Shown here: positions 56,617 to 64,000 of the stretch, one piece after another
Position numbering within the stretch: position 1 is the first letter of the stretch
Layout of the letters: each line of letters begins with the position of its first letter
Assembly (NCBI GenBank): GCA_018883325.1
Contig: VEQH01000008.1
Location: 12,783 to 76,782, forward strand
Origin: Flavobacteriales bacterium
Lineage (GTDB): Bacteria > Bacteroidota > Bacteroidia > Flavobacteriales_D > Crocinitomicaceae
Direction of reading: 5' to 3'
DNA: 64,000 nucleotides
Position numbers and translations under genes: made by a program
The notes under the pieces: generated by a model
What the model was told of the DNA's origin: nothing
Database searches by the model: none
What the model saw: only the letters and a program-made list of their open reading frames with translations

Positions 56617-56994
56617 CTATAATCTGTAATTACAAAAAACGACGTAGAATCGTTGGTTTTCTTTCTTGCGCTTGTTATGCTCAAGCAAAATGACATTGGA
56701 GTCATTGAAATCAAAAAACTTGAAGTGGCTTTTAAAATAATTTTCAACAACTTTAAATTCAATTTTTAAAACAGTTGGATTCGTTGAACCTAAGGCTACA
56801 ATAGAATGTCCAACAAAAGATACTTTGGGTTGATTTTCTTGTTCGTCCTGACCGATATCATTTGCCTCAGCAAAAAAGCCAATTAGATGAGAAAGATTTT
56901 CTTGGTAATCGAATTCTTTTTTCTCAGTACTTGTTGTAGCACCAAAAAATTGAAAACAAATTACTATAAAAAATAAGCTTATTATTTTCTTCAT
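56617..56994 (-). CDS. hypothetical secreted protein
   Basis: 125 aa with a signal peptide and no motif. Confidence 0.4.
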   Translation of the reverse strand: MKKIISLFFIVICFQFFGATTSTEKKEFDYQENLSHLIGFFAEANDIGQDEQENQPKVSFVGHSIVALGSTNPTVLKIEFKVVENYFKSHFKFFDFNDSNVILLEHNKRKKENQRFYVVFCNYRL

Positions 56995-57299
56995 CAGTGT
57001 GCGAAATTAAACACAATTGATTAAATGTAGTTTGTTTGCCTAAAAATTAATCTGAAATTCTTCTTTTCTGCTAAAATGTACTGAAAATAAAGTCATTCTA
57101 TTGCGTGGTTTTTCAGTTACGACAAACTAAATCTCAATTAAAAACATACTTCCGAATAGTTATCTATTTTGTGTGAAAAGCAGAATCTAATCAACAATCC
57201 TTCAATGGTCTATTCATCGCGCAATTTCAAAAATCAATTCCCATATTCATACTCCTTCAAAGAAAACCTCGTTCCAGACTCTTTAGTGCAGACCAAGAA

Positions 57300-58421
57300 T
57301 TAAACTCTAAAAAACGAACTGGCTATTCCATCTGCGCGTAATTTTCCGGCATCGGTGAGGATGAAATTTGTAACTGTTTCAATCATGCTGCCATCAGTAA
57401 TATAGTGTTGAAGCAAGTCCTTTTCTGATTTTGAAAATGAATTTAATCCATCAATTACTGTTTTTGAAACCCCCCATTTCGTGCGCAAACCGGTAAGAAA
57501 TAATTCATTCCATTGCTCGTTCTCACTCAATTCTTCGATTACAAACCAACTGCTGTTTACGCCAACATTTTTGTAGTAAACTGAATTATTGGAAATATTC
57601 CATCGGCGCTGTTTTCCGTTAAATGAATGAGCAGAAGGACCAATTCCAATATAATGAACGCCTTGCCAATAAGCAGAATTGTGTTTTGAATACTGTTCAT
57701 TCTTGGCGAAGTTAGAAATTTCATATTGCTCAAATCCTTTTGCCTTCAAAAATTCAATCATCAATTCAAACTGCTCACTTTGCGTTTCTTCATCGGGTGT
57801 AACCAATTGATTGTGTTTAACTTGATGATGAAGTGCTGTTTTTGGTTCAACCGTCAAACAATAAGCTGAAATGTGTGAAATACCCAAGGAGGTAACTAAT
57901 TCTAAGTGATTTTTCCACTCAGCTTGTGTTAGTTGAGGCAAACCATAAATTAAATCAACGGTGATGTTTTCAAATCCGAATTGTTGCGCTAAACGAACAG
58001 CTTTTTCGCCATCGCTTGCTAAGTGTGCACGGTTCATCCATTGCATATCACTTTCCTTAAAAGACTGTAAACCAATACTCAATCGATTAACGCCTTCCTT
58101 TTTCCAATGTGATAGTTTTTCTTCACATACATCTTCAGGATTCGCTTCCAAGGAAAGTTCAAGTGTTTCTGAAATGCTGTAATTTGCCCGAATTGTTGCA
58201 AGGATTAAACTCAACTCTTCGTTTTCTAATAAACTCGGTGTTCCTCCACCAAAGTAAATTGTTTGGATTTCCGTTTGAATTTCGGCTTTGCGAAGTTCGA
58301 GTTCTCGGCACAAAGCAGCAATCAATTCTTTTCTATACGAACCAAAATTCGTTGAAAAATGAAAATCGCAATAAGTACAACGTTGCTTACAAAAAGGAAT
58401 GTGCAGATAAATCCCAGCCAT
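57300..58421 (-). CDS. hemW: radical SAM haem chaperone HemW (HemN-like, oxygen-independent coproporphyrinogen oxidase family)
   Basis: LHIPFCKQRCTYCDF (CxxxCxxC), GGGTPS, and a HemN_C-like tail. Confidence 0.85.
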   Translation of the reverse strand: MAGIYLHIPFCKQRCTYCDFHFSTNFGSYRKELIAALCRELELRKAEIQTEIQTIYFGGGTPSLLENEELSLILATIRANYSISETLELSLEANPEDVCEEKLSHWKKEGVNRLSIGLQSFKESDMQWMNRAHLASDGEKAVRLAQQFGFENITVDLIYGLPQLTQAEWKNHLELVTSLGISHISAYCLTVEPKTALHHQVKHNQLVTPDEETQSEQFELMIEFLKAKGFEQYEISNFAKNEQYSKHNSAYWQGVHYIGIGPSAHSFNGKQRRWNISNNSVYYKNVGVNSSWFVIEELSENEQWNELFLTGLRTKWGVSKTVIDGLNSFSKSEKDLLQHYITDGSMIETVTNFILTDAGKLRADGIASSFFRV

Positions 58422-58431
58422 TCCTTAGTAA

Positions 58432-60705
58432 TTATTCAATGATAATTTTCTTTACCAAAACTTGTCCTTCAAGATTGAATTGTAAGAAATAAGTTCCTGC
58501 ACTTAACTGATCAACAGCAAGTTGAGTTTGTGTACTTGTAATTTCTTTGCTGAAAATTAGTTTTCCTGAAATGTCTGTGAAGTTTACTGTTCCTTTCAAA
58601 CTCGTTCCCAACTGAATAGTCAAGAAGTTTTTAGCTGGGTTTGGATAAACTGATAGCGTATTTTCACTTAAATTTTCTAAACCTACACCGTTTTCATCAA
58701 AACAGAAATCAATGTTTTTTTGTGAACCAAAATTTGGACTTGTTGAAGGAATACTTCCTAGGCTTATTGAGTTATAAACGATGTCCAAACTTCCATCTTC
58801 TTGACAAAATACGCCACCATCAAAACCATCGCCGTAAGAATCAGCAATCACCAAAGAATAACAGCCGTAAGGCAAACACCAAGGGTCAATTGCTACCAAA
58901 CCTGGTTGATCGTCAGAATATCCACTGCCAGCATACAAAGCTGTACCTGTTGCATCTTGCAATTCCCAACTTGTTTCAGAACCATAACAATCCAAAGACA
59001 AGTTTAATTGAACTGATTGACCACCAATTACAACCGTAAAAGTTGAACTTGTTGAATTGTTATTTGCATTTTCGTCAACACTTGCATTTGGGTTGTTCAC
59101 ACTTGCTGTAAACGTATGGTTTCCAGAAGTTAAGTTTGCCGCAGGAAGGTTTACAATTGTTGATTGCCATTGTGGAAGCGAACCTGTCCAATTGTAAGTT
59201 TGAGGACTTCCGCCGTCAAAAGAGTAAATGATATCAACTGCTGTTAATGTACTTGTTCCTGAGTTTGAAATTTTTACGCTTGGCGAAATTTCAGCTCCAC
59301 AAAAAGTTCCAGAAACCCCTTGCGGTGAAGAAATACCAGCATCAACAAGCACTGGATTTGCGTTCGATGGATCATAACCATCAATAAATTCTGCTCCAGA
59401 ATCGAGCGGGTCTAACCAGTATTTTAATTGATTCGTAGTGTTACTACCATCTGGTTCCCACGATTTAAAAAGTCTTCCGTAATAATCAGCTGAATTCAAA
59501 TTAGAACATGAAGCACCTCCACCCCATAATTGTCCGATAATGCGTCGATTTTGGTCAAATAATGGAGAACCTGAAGAACCACCTTCAGTTGTTGTGTTTC
59601 TATCCCATTGAACCGACCAAGAACTTGCAGCTTCAGTTGAGCTCATTGCTTGCACAGCAGTAGCTGGATCGTCGTCGAATGATATTTTTTTAATGTCTCC
59701 AGATGGGTGATGGATTGATACTGTTGAAGTTGGTGGTGTATCTGAATGATTCCAACCTGAAAAATAAGGTTGAAAAGCGAGAGGAACAGTATTTCCTTCT
59801 AAACCTCCTGTGATTTCAACTAGGCAAAAGTCTGAAGGTGTTCTTCTTGAGCGTAAAACAGCTCCACTCAAGGATTGAAAAGAAGGAGAACTTGCAGGAT
59901 TTGCACAATCACTTGCTTGCCAATTGAATCTAAAAATCCAACCTGTTGGGTCAGAATAACAGTGATTTGCTGTTAAAACATAAGGTTTTCCGTCGTTTGC
60001 TGTGTTGTTAATCAAAGCTCCTGAACAAAATCCATTGCTTCCAGAAACGAGCATAACCGCACTGTTTCTTTGTGGAATCCAAGTTGATCCATCTGGACAA
60101 TTTACATTCATATTACAAGCACCTGAACCTCCAAAAGCTTTAACTTGAAATTCATTTGCTGTGCGGTAACCGTGAGTTACGGTAGAAACATTTACACTTC
60201 CAAGTTCGTTCCCTTTTTTAACGTAGTATTCTAAAATCGCTGTATTTCCAGGGATTAATTCCGTTCCTAAAACGCCATTGTAAATGTGATTTTGCTCAAA
60301 CTTCCCTAGGATAAAATCTTTTGATGGGTTATAAACATACAGTTCGTTTCCCGCTGGAATTTTTGTATTTGAAAATGTAAGATTTACACTCAAAGCATGC
60401 TCACATTTTACAAGTAACTGCCAAATTTTATCTCCATTCGGAAGTTCTACCCAAGTTCCCGCGTTTTCTAGAGAAAGAGAAGTGTAGTTGTTAAACCCAA
60501 AACGCCAAGGGGCAGTTCCTGTATCGTCTGTTAGTTCGTCTTCCGCGCGCAATGCAGCAACATCGGGTTCAGCAAAAAAGCGGGCATCAATGTTTTTAAA
60601 GTCGCTAACTAACTTATAACTTTTAGGTTTACCACCATTTCCTTGGTATTGTGCCATAGCACCAACTGCAAGAAATAGGGAGATTGATATCAGGAGTGTT
60701 TTCAT
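58432..60705 (-). CDS. T9SS-sorted trypsin-like serine endopeptidase
   Basis: It has LTANHC (His) and EGGSSGSPLF (Ser). The protease domain is followed by a CARDB-like module, a YGSETSW...DSYGDG module, and the C-terminal VYPNPAKNFLTI...GTYFLQF CTD. Confidence 0.75.
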   Translation of the reverse strand: MKTLLISISLFLAVGAMAQYQGNGGKPKSYKLVSDFKNIDARFFAEPDVAALRAEDELTDDTGTAPWRFGFNNYTSLSLENAGTWVELPNGDKIWQLLVKCEHALSVNLTFSNTKIPAGNELYVYNPSKDFILGKFEQNHIYNGVLGTELIPGNTAILEYYVKKGNELGSVNVSTVTHGYRTANEFQVKAFGGSGACNMNVNCPDGSTWIPQRNSAVMLVSGSNGFCSGALINNTANDGKPYVLTANHCYSDPTGWIFRFNWQASDCANPASSPSFQSLSGAVLRSRRTPSDFCLVEITGGLEGNTVPLAFQPYFSGWNHSDTPPTSTVSIHHPSGDIKKISFDDDPATAVQAMSSTEAASSWSVQWDRNTTTEGGSSGSPLFDQNRRIIGQLWGGGASCSNLNSADYYGRLFKSWEPDGSNTTNQLKYWLDPLDSGAEFIDGYDPSNANPVLVDAGISSPQGVSGTFCGAEISPSVKISNSGTSTLTAVDIIYSFDGGSPQTYNWTGSLPQWQSTIVNLPAANLTSGNHTFTASVNNPNASVDENANNNSTSSTFTVVIGGQSVQLNLSLDCYGSETSWELQDATGTALYAGSGYSDDQPGLVAIDPWCLPYGCYSLVIADSYGDGFDGGVFCQEDGSLDIVYNSISLGSIPSTSPNFGSQKNIDFCFDENGVGLENLSENTLSVYPNPAKNFLTIQLGTSLKGTVNFTDISGKLIFSKEITSTQTQLAVDQLSAGTYFLQFNLEGQVLVKKIIIE

Positions 60706-60790
60706 TTGTTTTTATTTTAAACTGTTGACATCGAAAACCTTAATCAACAATTTCATTTACACATACAATTTTTATAAAATTGAGGTTATC

Positions 60791-60843
60791 AAATGTAATC
60801 TGAGGCTCTCGAAGATTACATTTTACAACCTCAGATTACATTT
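60791..60843 (-). terminator. hairpin terminator downstream of the redoxin gene
   Basis: AAATGTAATCTGAGG-(23 nt)-CCTCAGATTACATTT is a perfect 15-bp stem that includes the stop codon at 60836..60838. T-run on the plus strand at 60841-60846, which is an A-run upstream of the stem on the minus-strand transcript; the minus strand reads gataacctcaatttt after the stem. Confidence 0.55.
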
Positions 60844-61447
60844 TTCTTTTAATACTACAACCTTTTGCTGCGGTATTTGCTGGTTTAATTTTTTTACCTT
60901 CCGCAAGTGCTTGAATTGCATTTTTCAAATAAGCTTCATCGCTTTTTCTTTTGCTATCCCAAATATTATCGATTGATCCAACGTAAACCAATTCCATGTT
61001 GGCATTGAACATATAAATGTGTGGTGTCGTAACTGCTTTCAACGCATTAGCCAATTGTGAGTTTAAATCCACCAAATAAGGCATTGTATATTGTTTTTCT
61101 TTCGCATGTTCAACCATTGCGTCAAATGAATCTGCACCTTCACGTTTCGCCTCGTTGGAATTTACCAACACAAAACCAATGTTGTTTTTTGTTGCGAGTT
61201 CATTCAATTCGTTGTATTGACTTTCCCAACCTGGAAAATCAGGAGTTCCAACAACAAATGGACAGGTATTACAGCTGAAAACAACGATTAAACCTTTTTC
61301 TTTTTTAGCATCATTTAATGATAATTCACCACCTTGTACATTCTTCATTTTAACGTCTGTCAAAGGTGCTTTTTCTTTTAATTTAACTTGACCAAAAGCC
61401 AAGCTTGAGACAATAAAAAGACTTAAAAAACCAACTATTTTTTTCAT
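60836..61447 (-). CDS. thioredoxin-fold (redoxin / TlpA-like) protein
   Basis: Signal peptide and VVFSCNTCPFV active-site-type CxxC in a redoxin context. Confidence 0.7.
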   Translation of the reverse strand: MKKIVGFLSLFIVSSLAFGQVKLKEKAPLTDVKMKNVQGGELSLNDAKKEKGLIVVFSCNTCPFVVGTPDFPGWESQYNELNELATKNNIGFVLVNSNEAKREGADSFDAMVEHAKEKQYTMPYLVDLNSQLANALKAVTTPHIYMFNANMELVYVGSIDNIWDSKRKSDEAYLKNAIQALAEGKKIKPANTAAKGCSIKRKM

Positions 61448-61565
61448 GTTTAGAGTTTTAGAGAGATTAAAGATATAAATTTTTACTTTAAACGATTTGA
61501 TGATTCTGATTGTTTAAAATTTCAACGCGAAGGATTAGATTTACTTTTGTGACTAATTTTTCCAT

Positions 61566-61573
61566 TATATTTG
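61566..61573 (+). promoter_or_regulatory. -7 promoter box TAnnTTTG
   Basis: TATATTTG-tcac-ATG(61578). Confidence 0.4.
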
Positions 61574-61577
61574 TCAC

Positions 61578-62048
61578 ATGCAGTCAGATTCTCGTTGGTT
61601 ATTAGATGGTCAAGAAGTACAATCAAGCGATGGTGCTTTTATAAAATGGTATGATCACACTTATTTTTTGTTGCTTCACAAAGGCAAAAAGTTTCATGGT
61701 GAAATCGTAAAAGATGATTCTGAAAATAATCAATTGACCATAAAAATTAACCACCGTGTTTTTCAAGTTAAAAAACGTGGCGAATTAGATGAATTGATTG
61801 CCTCTTTAGGATTAGATGTTCCAAAAATCAAAAAACTTAAAGAATTAGCAGCGCCAATGCCTGGACGCGTATTGAAGATTTTTGTCAAAGAAGGTGATGA
61901 AATCCAAATTGGCGACAATGTGCTTTCGCTTGAAGCAATGAAAATGGAAAACATTCTTAAAGCTGAAGGAATCGGAACAGTGAGCAAAATTTGTATAGCT
62001 GAAGGCGACGTTGTAGATAAAGGAGCCGTTTTAATCGAGTTTGCATAA
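61578..62048 (+). CDS. biotin carboxyl carrier-type biotin/lipoyl domain protein
   Basis: The C-terminal lipoyl-like domain has the biotinylation motif LEAMKMEN. Confidence 0.8.
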   Translation: MQSDSRWLLDGQEVQSSDGAFIKWYDHTYFLLLHKGKKFHGEIVKDDSENNQLTIKINHRVFQVKKRGELDELIASLGLDVPKIKKLKELAAPMPGRVLKIFVKEGDEIQIGDNVLSLEAMKMENILKAEGIGTVSKICIAEGDVVDKGAVLIEFA

Positions 62049-62148
62049 ATCGTTGTCCTTTATTCTACTTTAGCGTTGTGAACTTCTTCACAAAAATTTA
62101 ATATGCCTTTGTTTATTTGGTAATTTACTTTTTGGCATCTTTGTCATA

Positions 62149-64000
62149 ATGGAAATAATTAACCGTGAATTAAGTTGGCTTTCTTTCAATGACCGTGTTT
62201 TACAGGAAGCGTTAGACGACCAAGTACCTGTGGTTGAGCGTATGCGATTTTTAGGGATTTACTCCAACAACATGGATGAATTTTACCGTGTTCGCGTGGC
62301 AAATATTCGCCGTTCGATAGCGCTAAAAAAACAAAGAGCAGATGGTTTCAATGGTACTCCAGCTGAACTTTACCAAGAAATTCGCGAAGTTGTAATTGAA
62401 CAGCAACAAAAGTTTGAACTTGCTTATCGAAAAATTCTTCGTGCTCTGGTAAAAGAACGCATTCACCACACGGACGAAAAACGAATTACCCTTGCTCATA
62501 AAAAAGAATTGAGCATCTATTTCCACGAACAGTTGAAACATGCGATTTTCCCAATCATTTTAGATAAGAAAAATCCTTTTCCAAAGTTGCGCGACTATGC
62601 CATTTACTTGGCTGTTAAAATCGTGGAAAAAAAGAATAAAACTCGTTACGCATTGATTCAAATTCCAACAGATTTCTCGCGTTTTTACCAATTGAAAAAA
62701 GGAGATGACATCCGAATTATTCTCATCGACGATATTATTCGCCTTTATTTAAAAGAAATTTTCTCCATCTTTGAACCTGTTGAAATTGATGCCTACACCT
62801 TCAAGTTTACGCGCGATGCCGAGTTGGACTTAGACGATGATTTGACACTTTCTTTTATTGAAAAAATTGAAAAAAGCTTAAAACAACGCAAAAAAGGAAT
62901 TCCTGTGCGCTTCGTTTACGATGAAAAAATGCCTGATGATTTGTTGAATTATCTCTTACATTCCTTGAATTTAAAAGCAGGTATCAACACGATTCCAGGT
63001 GGGCGTTACCACAATTTCAAGGACTTCATTTCTTTTCCGGATTTTGGGCGACCTGAATTCGTTTACCCAAAGCAAGCACCGTGTAAAGTTCCTGAATTTG
63101 AAGGAGAAAAAGGTATTATCGAAACGATTTTAAAAGAAGATGTGCTCTTGCATTTTCCGTATCAACGCTTTAGTTACATTGTTGATTTACTGCGAGAAGC
63201 GGCAATTGACCCAAAAGTAAAAGATATAAAAATCAATATTTACAGAGTTGCGAGTAAATCAGAAATCATGAATGCCTTGATGGCAGCTGTTTTCAATGGA
63301 AAGCAAGTGACGGTAATTTTTGAATTGCAAGCGCGTTTCGACGAGGAAAACAACTTGTATTGGAGTGAGCGTTTAAAAGAATTTGGAGCAAAAGTAATTT
63401 ATGGTTTTCCTAATTTAAAAGTGCATTCTAAACTGTTGCAAATCAAACGTATAAAAGACAATAAAGAACAATTTATCACCTATATCGGAACGGGAAATTT
63501 CAACGAAAAATCAGCGCGCATTTACAGTGATTTTGCCTATTTAACCTCTCGAACAGAAGTTTCCAATGAAGTTCGAAAAGTGTTTAGAATACTGGAAAAT
63601 CACATTGAACCGATTGCTTTCCGTAAATTATTAGTCTCACCTTTTAATGCCAAACGCCGACTGATTGCCTTAATTGAAAGGGAAATAGCGGCTGCTAAAA
63701 AAGGTAAAAAAGCAGGAATTAAAATCAAGCTTAATAATTTGACAGATCAAACGATGATTAACAAATTATATCAAGCAAGCCAAGCTGGTGTTAAGATTGA
63801 CATGATTATTCGAGGAATTTGTTGTTTAATTCCAGGAAAAAAAGGCTTGAGTGATAACATCAAAGTTATCAGCATCGTCGATCGGTATTTGGAACACGCA
63901 CGCTTTTTGAAGTTTGAAAACAACGGCAAACCCGAATATTTCATCACGAGTGCTGATTTCATGGAACGCAACCTCGACAAACGCATCGAAGTTGGTGTAT
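62149..64000 (+). CDS. ppk1: polyphosphate kinase 1, N-terminal ~617 aa (runs off the right edge)
   Basis: Not in the ORF track because no stop lies in the window. From the ATG at 62149 it reads MEIINRELSWLSFNDRVLQEALDDQVPVVERMRFLGIYSNNMDEFYRVRVAN, the canonical PPK1 N-terminus. The frame stays open to 64000. Confidence 0.9.
   Translation, partial: MEIINRELSWLSFNDRVLQEALDDQVPVVERMRFLGIYSNNMDEFYRVRVANIRRSIALKKQRADGFNGTPAELYQEIREVVIEQQQKFELAYRKILRALVKERIHHTDEKRITLAHKKELSIYFHEQLKHAIFPIILDKKNPFPKLRDYAIYLAVKIVEKKNKTRYALIQIPTDFSRFYQLKKGDDIRIILIDDIIRLYLKEIFSIFEPVEIDAYTFKFTRDAELDLDDDLTLSFIEKIEKSLKQRKKGIPVRFVYDEKMPDDLLNYLLHSLNLKAGINTIPGGRYHNFKDFISFPDFGRPEFVYPKQAPCKVPEFEGEKGIIETILKEDVLLHFPYQRFSYIVDLLREAAIDPKVKDIKINIYRVASKSEIMNALMAAVFNGKQVTVIFELQARFDEENNLYWSERLKEFGAKVIYGFPNLKVHSKLLQIKRIKDNKEQFITYIGTGNFNEKSARIYSDFAYLTSRTEVSNEVRKVFRILENHIEPIAFRKLLVSPFNAKRRLIALIEREIAAAKKGKKAGIKIKLNNLTDQTMINKLYQASQAGVKIDMIIRGICCLIPGKKGLSDNIKVISIVDRYLEHARFLKFENNGKPEYFITSADFMERNLDKRIEVGV

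Noticed and set aside
60725-60976. An 83-aa plus-strand ORF between the protease and redoxin genes.
   Set aside because: It runs through the terminator hairpin and antisense into the redoxin gene. Its translation is Phe/Ile/Asn-rich with no signal of coding constraint.

Overview
This is a low-GC chromosomal segment that looks like Bacteroidota, class Flavobacteriia. Support for that: at least five clear type-IX-secretion (T9SS) C-terminal sorting domains plus one weaker CTD-like case, a gldA-like ABC ATPase, TonB-dependent receptors with carboxypeptidase-regulatory N-domains, and TAnnTTTG -7 promoter boxes. About 60 genes can be supported. I found no rRNA, tRNA or CRISPR array. Housekeeping genes are msrA (partial, left edge), lipB, an acyl-CoA carboxyltransferase, cobB, hemD, a gcdH-like dehydrogenase, mnmE, gldA, tyrS, purN, hemW, a biotin carrier protein and ppk1 (partial, right edge). 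They are interleaved with accessory patches. (1) A translationally coupled DUF4856 / imelysin / HTTM / TonB-receptor operon with a Fur-box-like palindrome upstream. (2) An AT-rich islet with a HigB/HigA-like toxin-antitoxin pair and a Fic protein. (3) A Cys-rich protein / TonB receptor with a His-rich tail / HMA-domain metal cluster, with a decayed ISL3-like IS (inverted repeats plus 8-bp target duplication) inserted just upstream. (4) A two-gene ABC-type ATPase + DUF4276/Toprim-like cassette at 24556..26324. It is AT-rich and wedged between core genes, and it is my best candidate for an uncharacterised anti-phage system. (5) A second higBA-like cassette bracketed by a 58-bp duplication of the tyrS 3' end, followed by a very AT-rich four-gene operon that includes a protein with uracil-DNA-glycosylase-like motif order and a divergent XRE regulator. 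(6) A methyltransferase / MbnP-like / di-haem peroxidase (MbnH-like) / esterase operon. (7) A CzcCBA-type RND efflux operon. All functional calls rest on motifs and family resemblance read by eye; no database search was possible.
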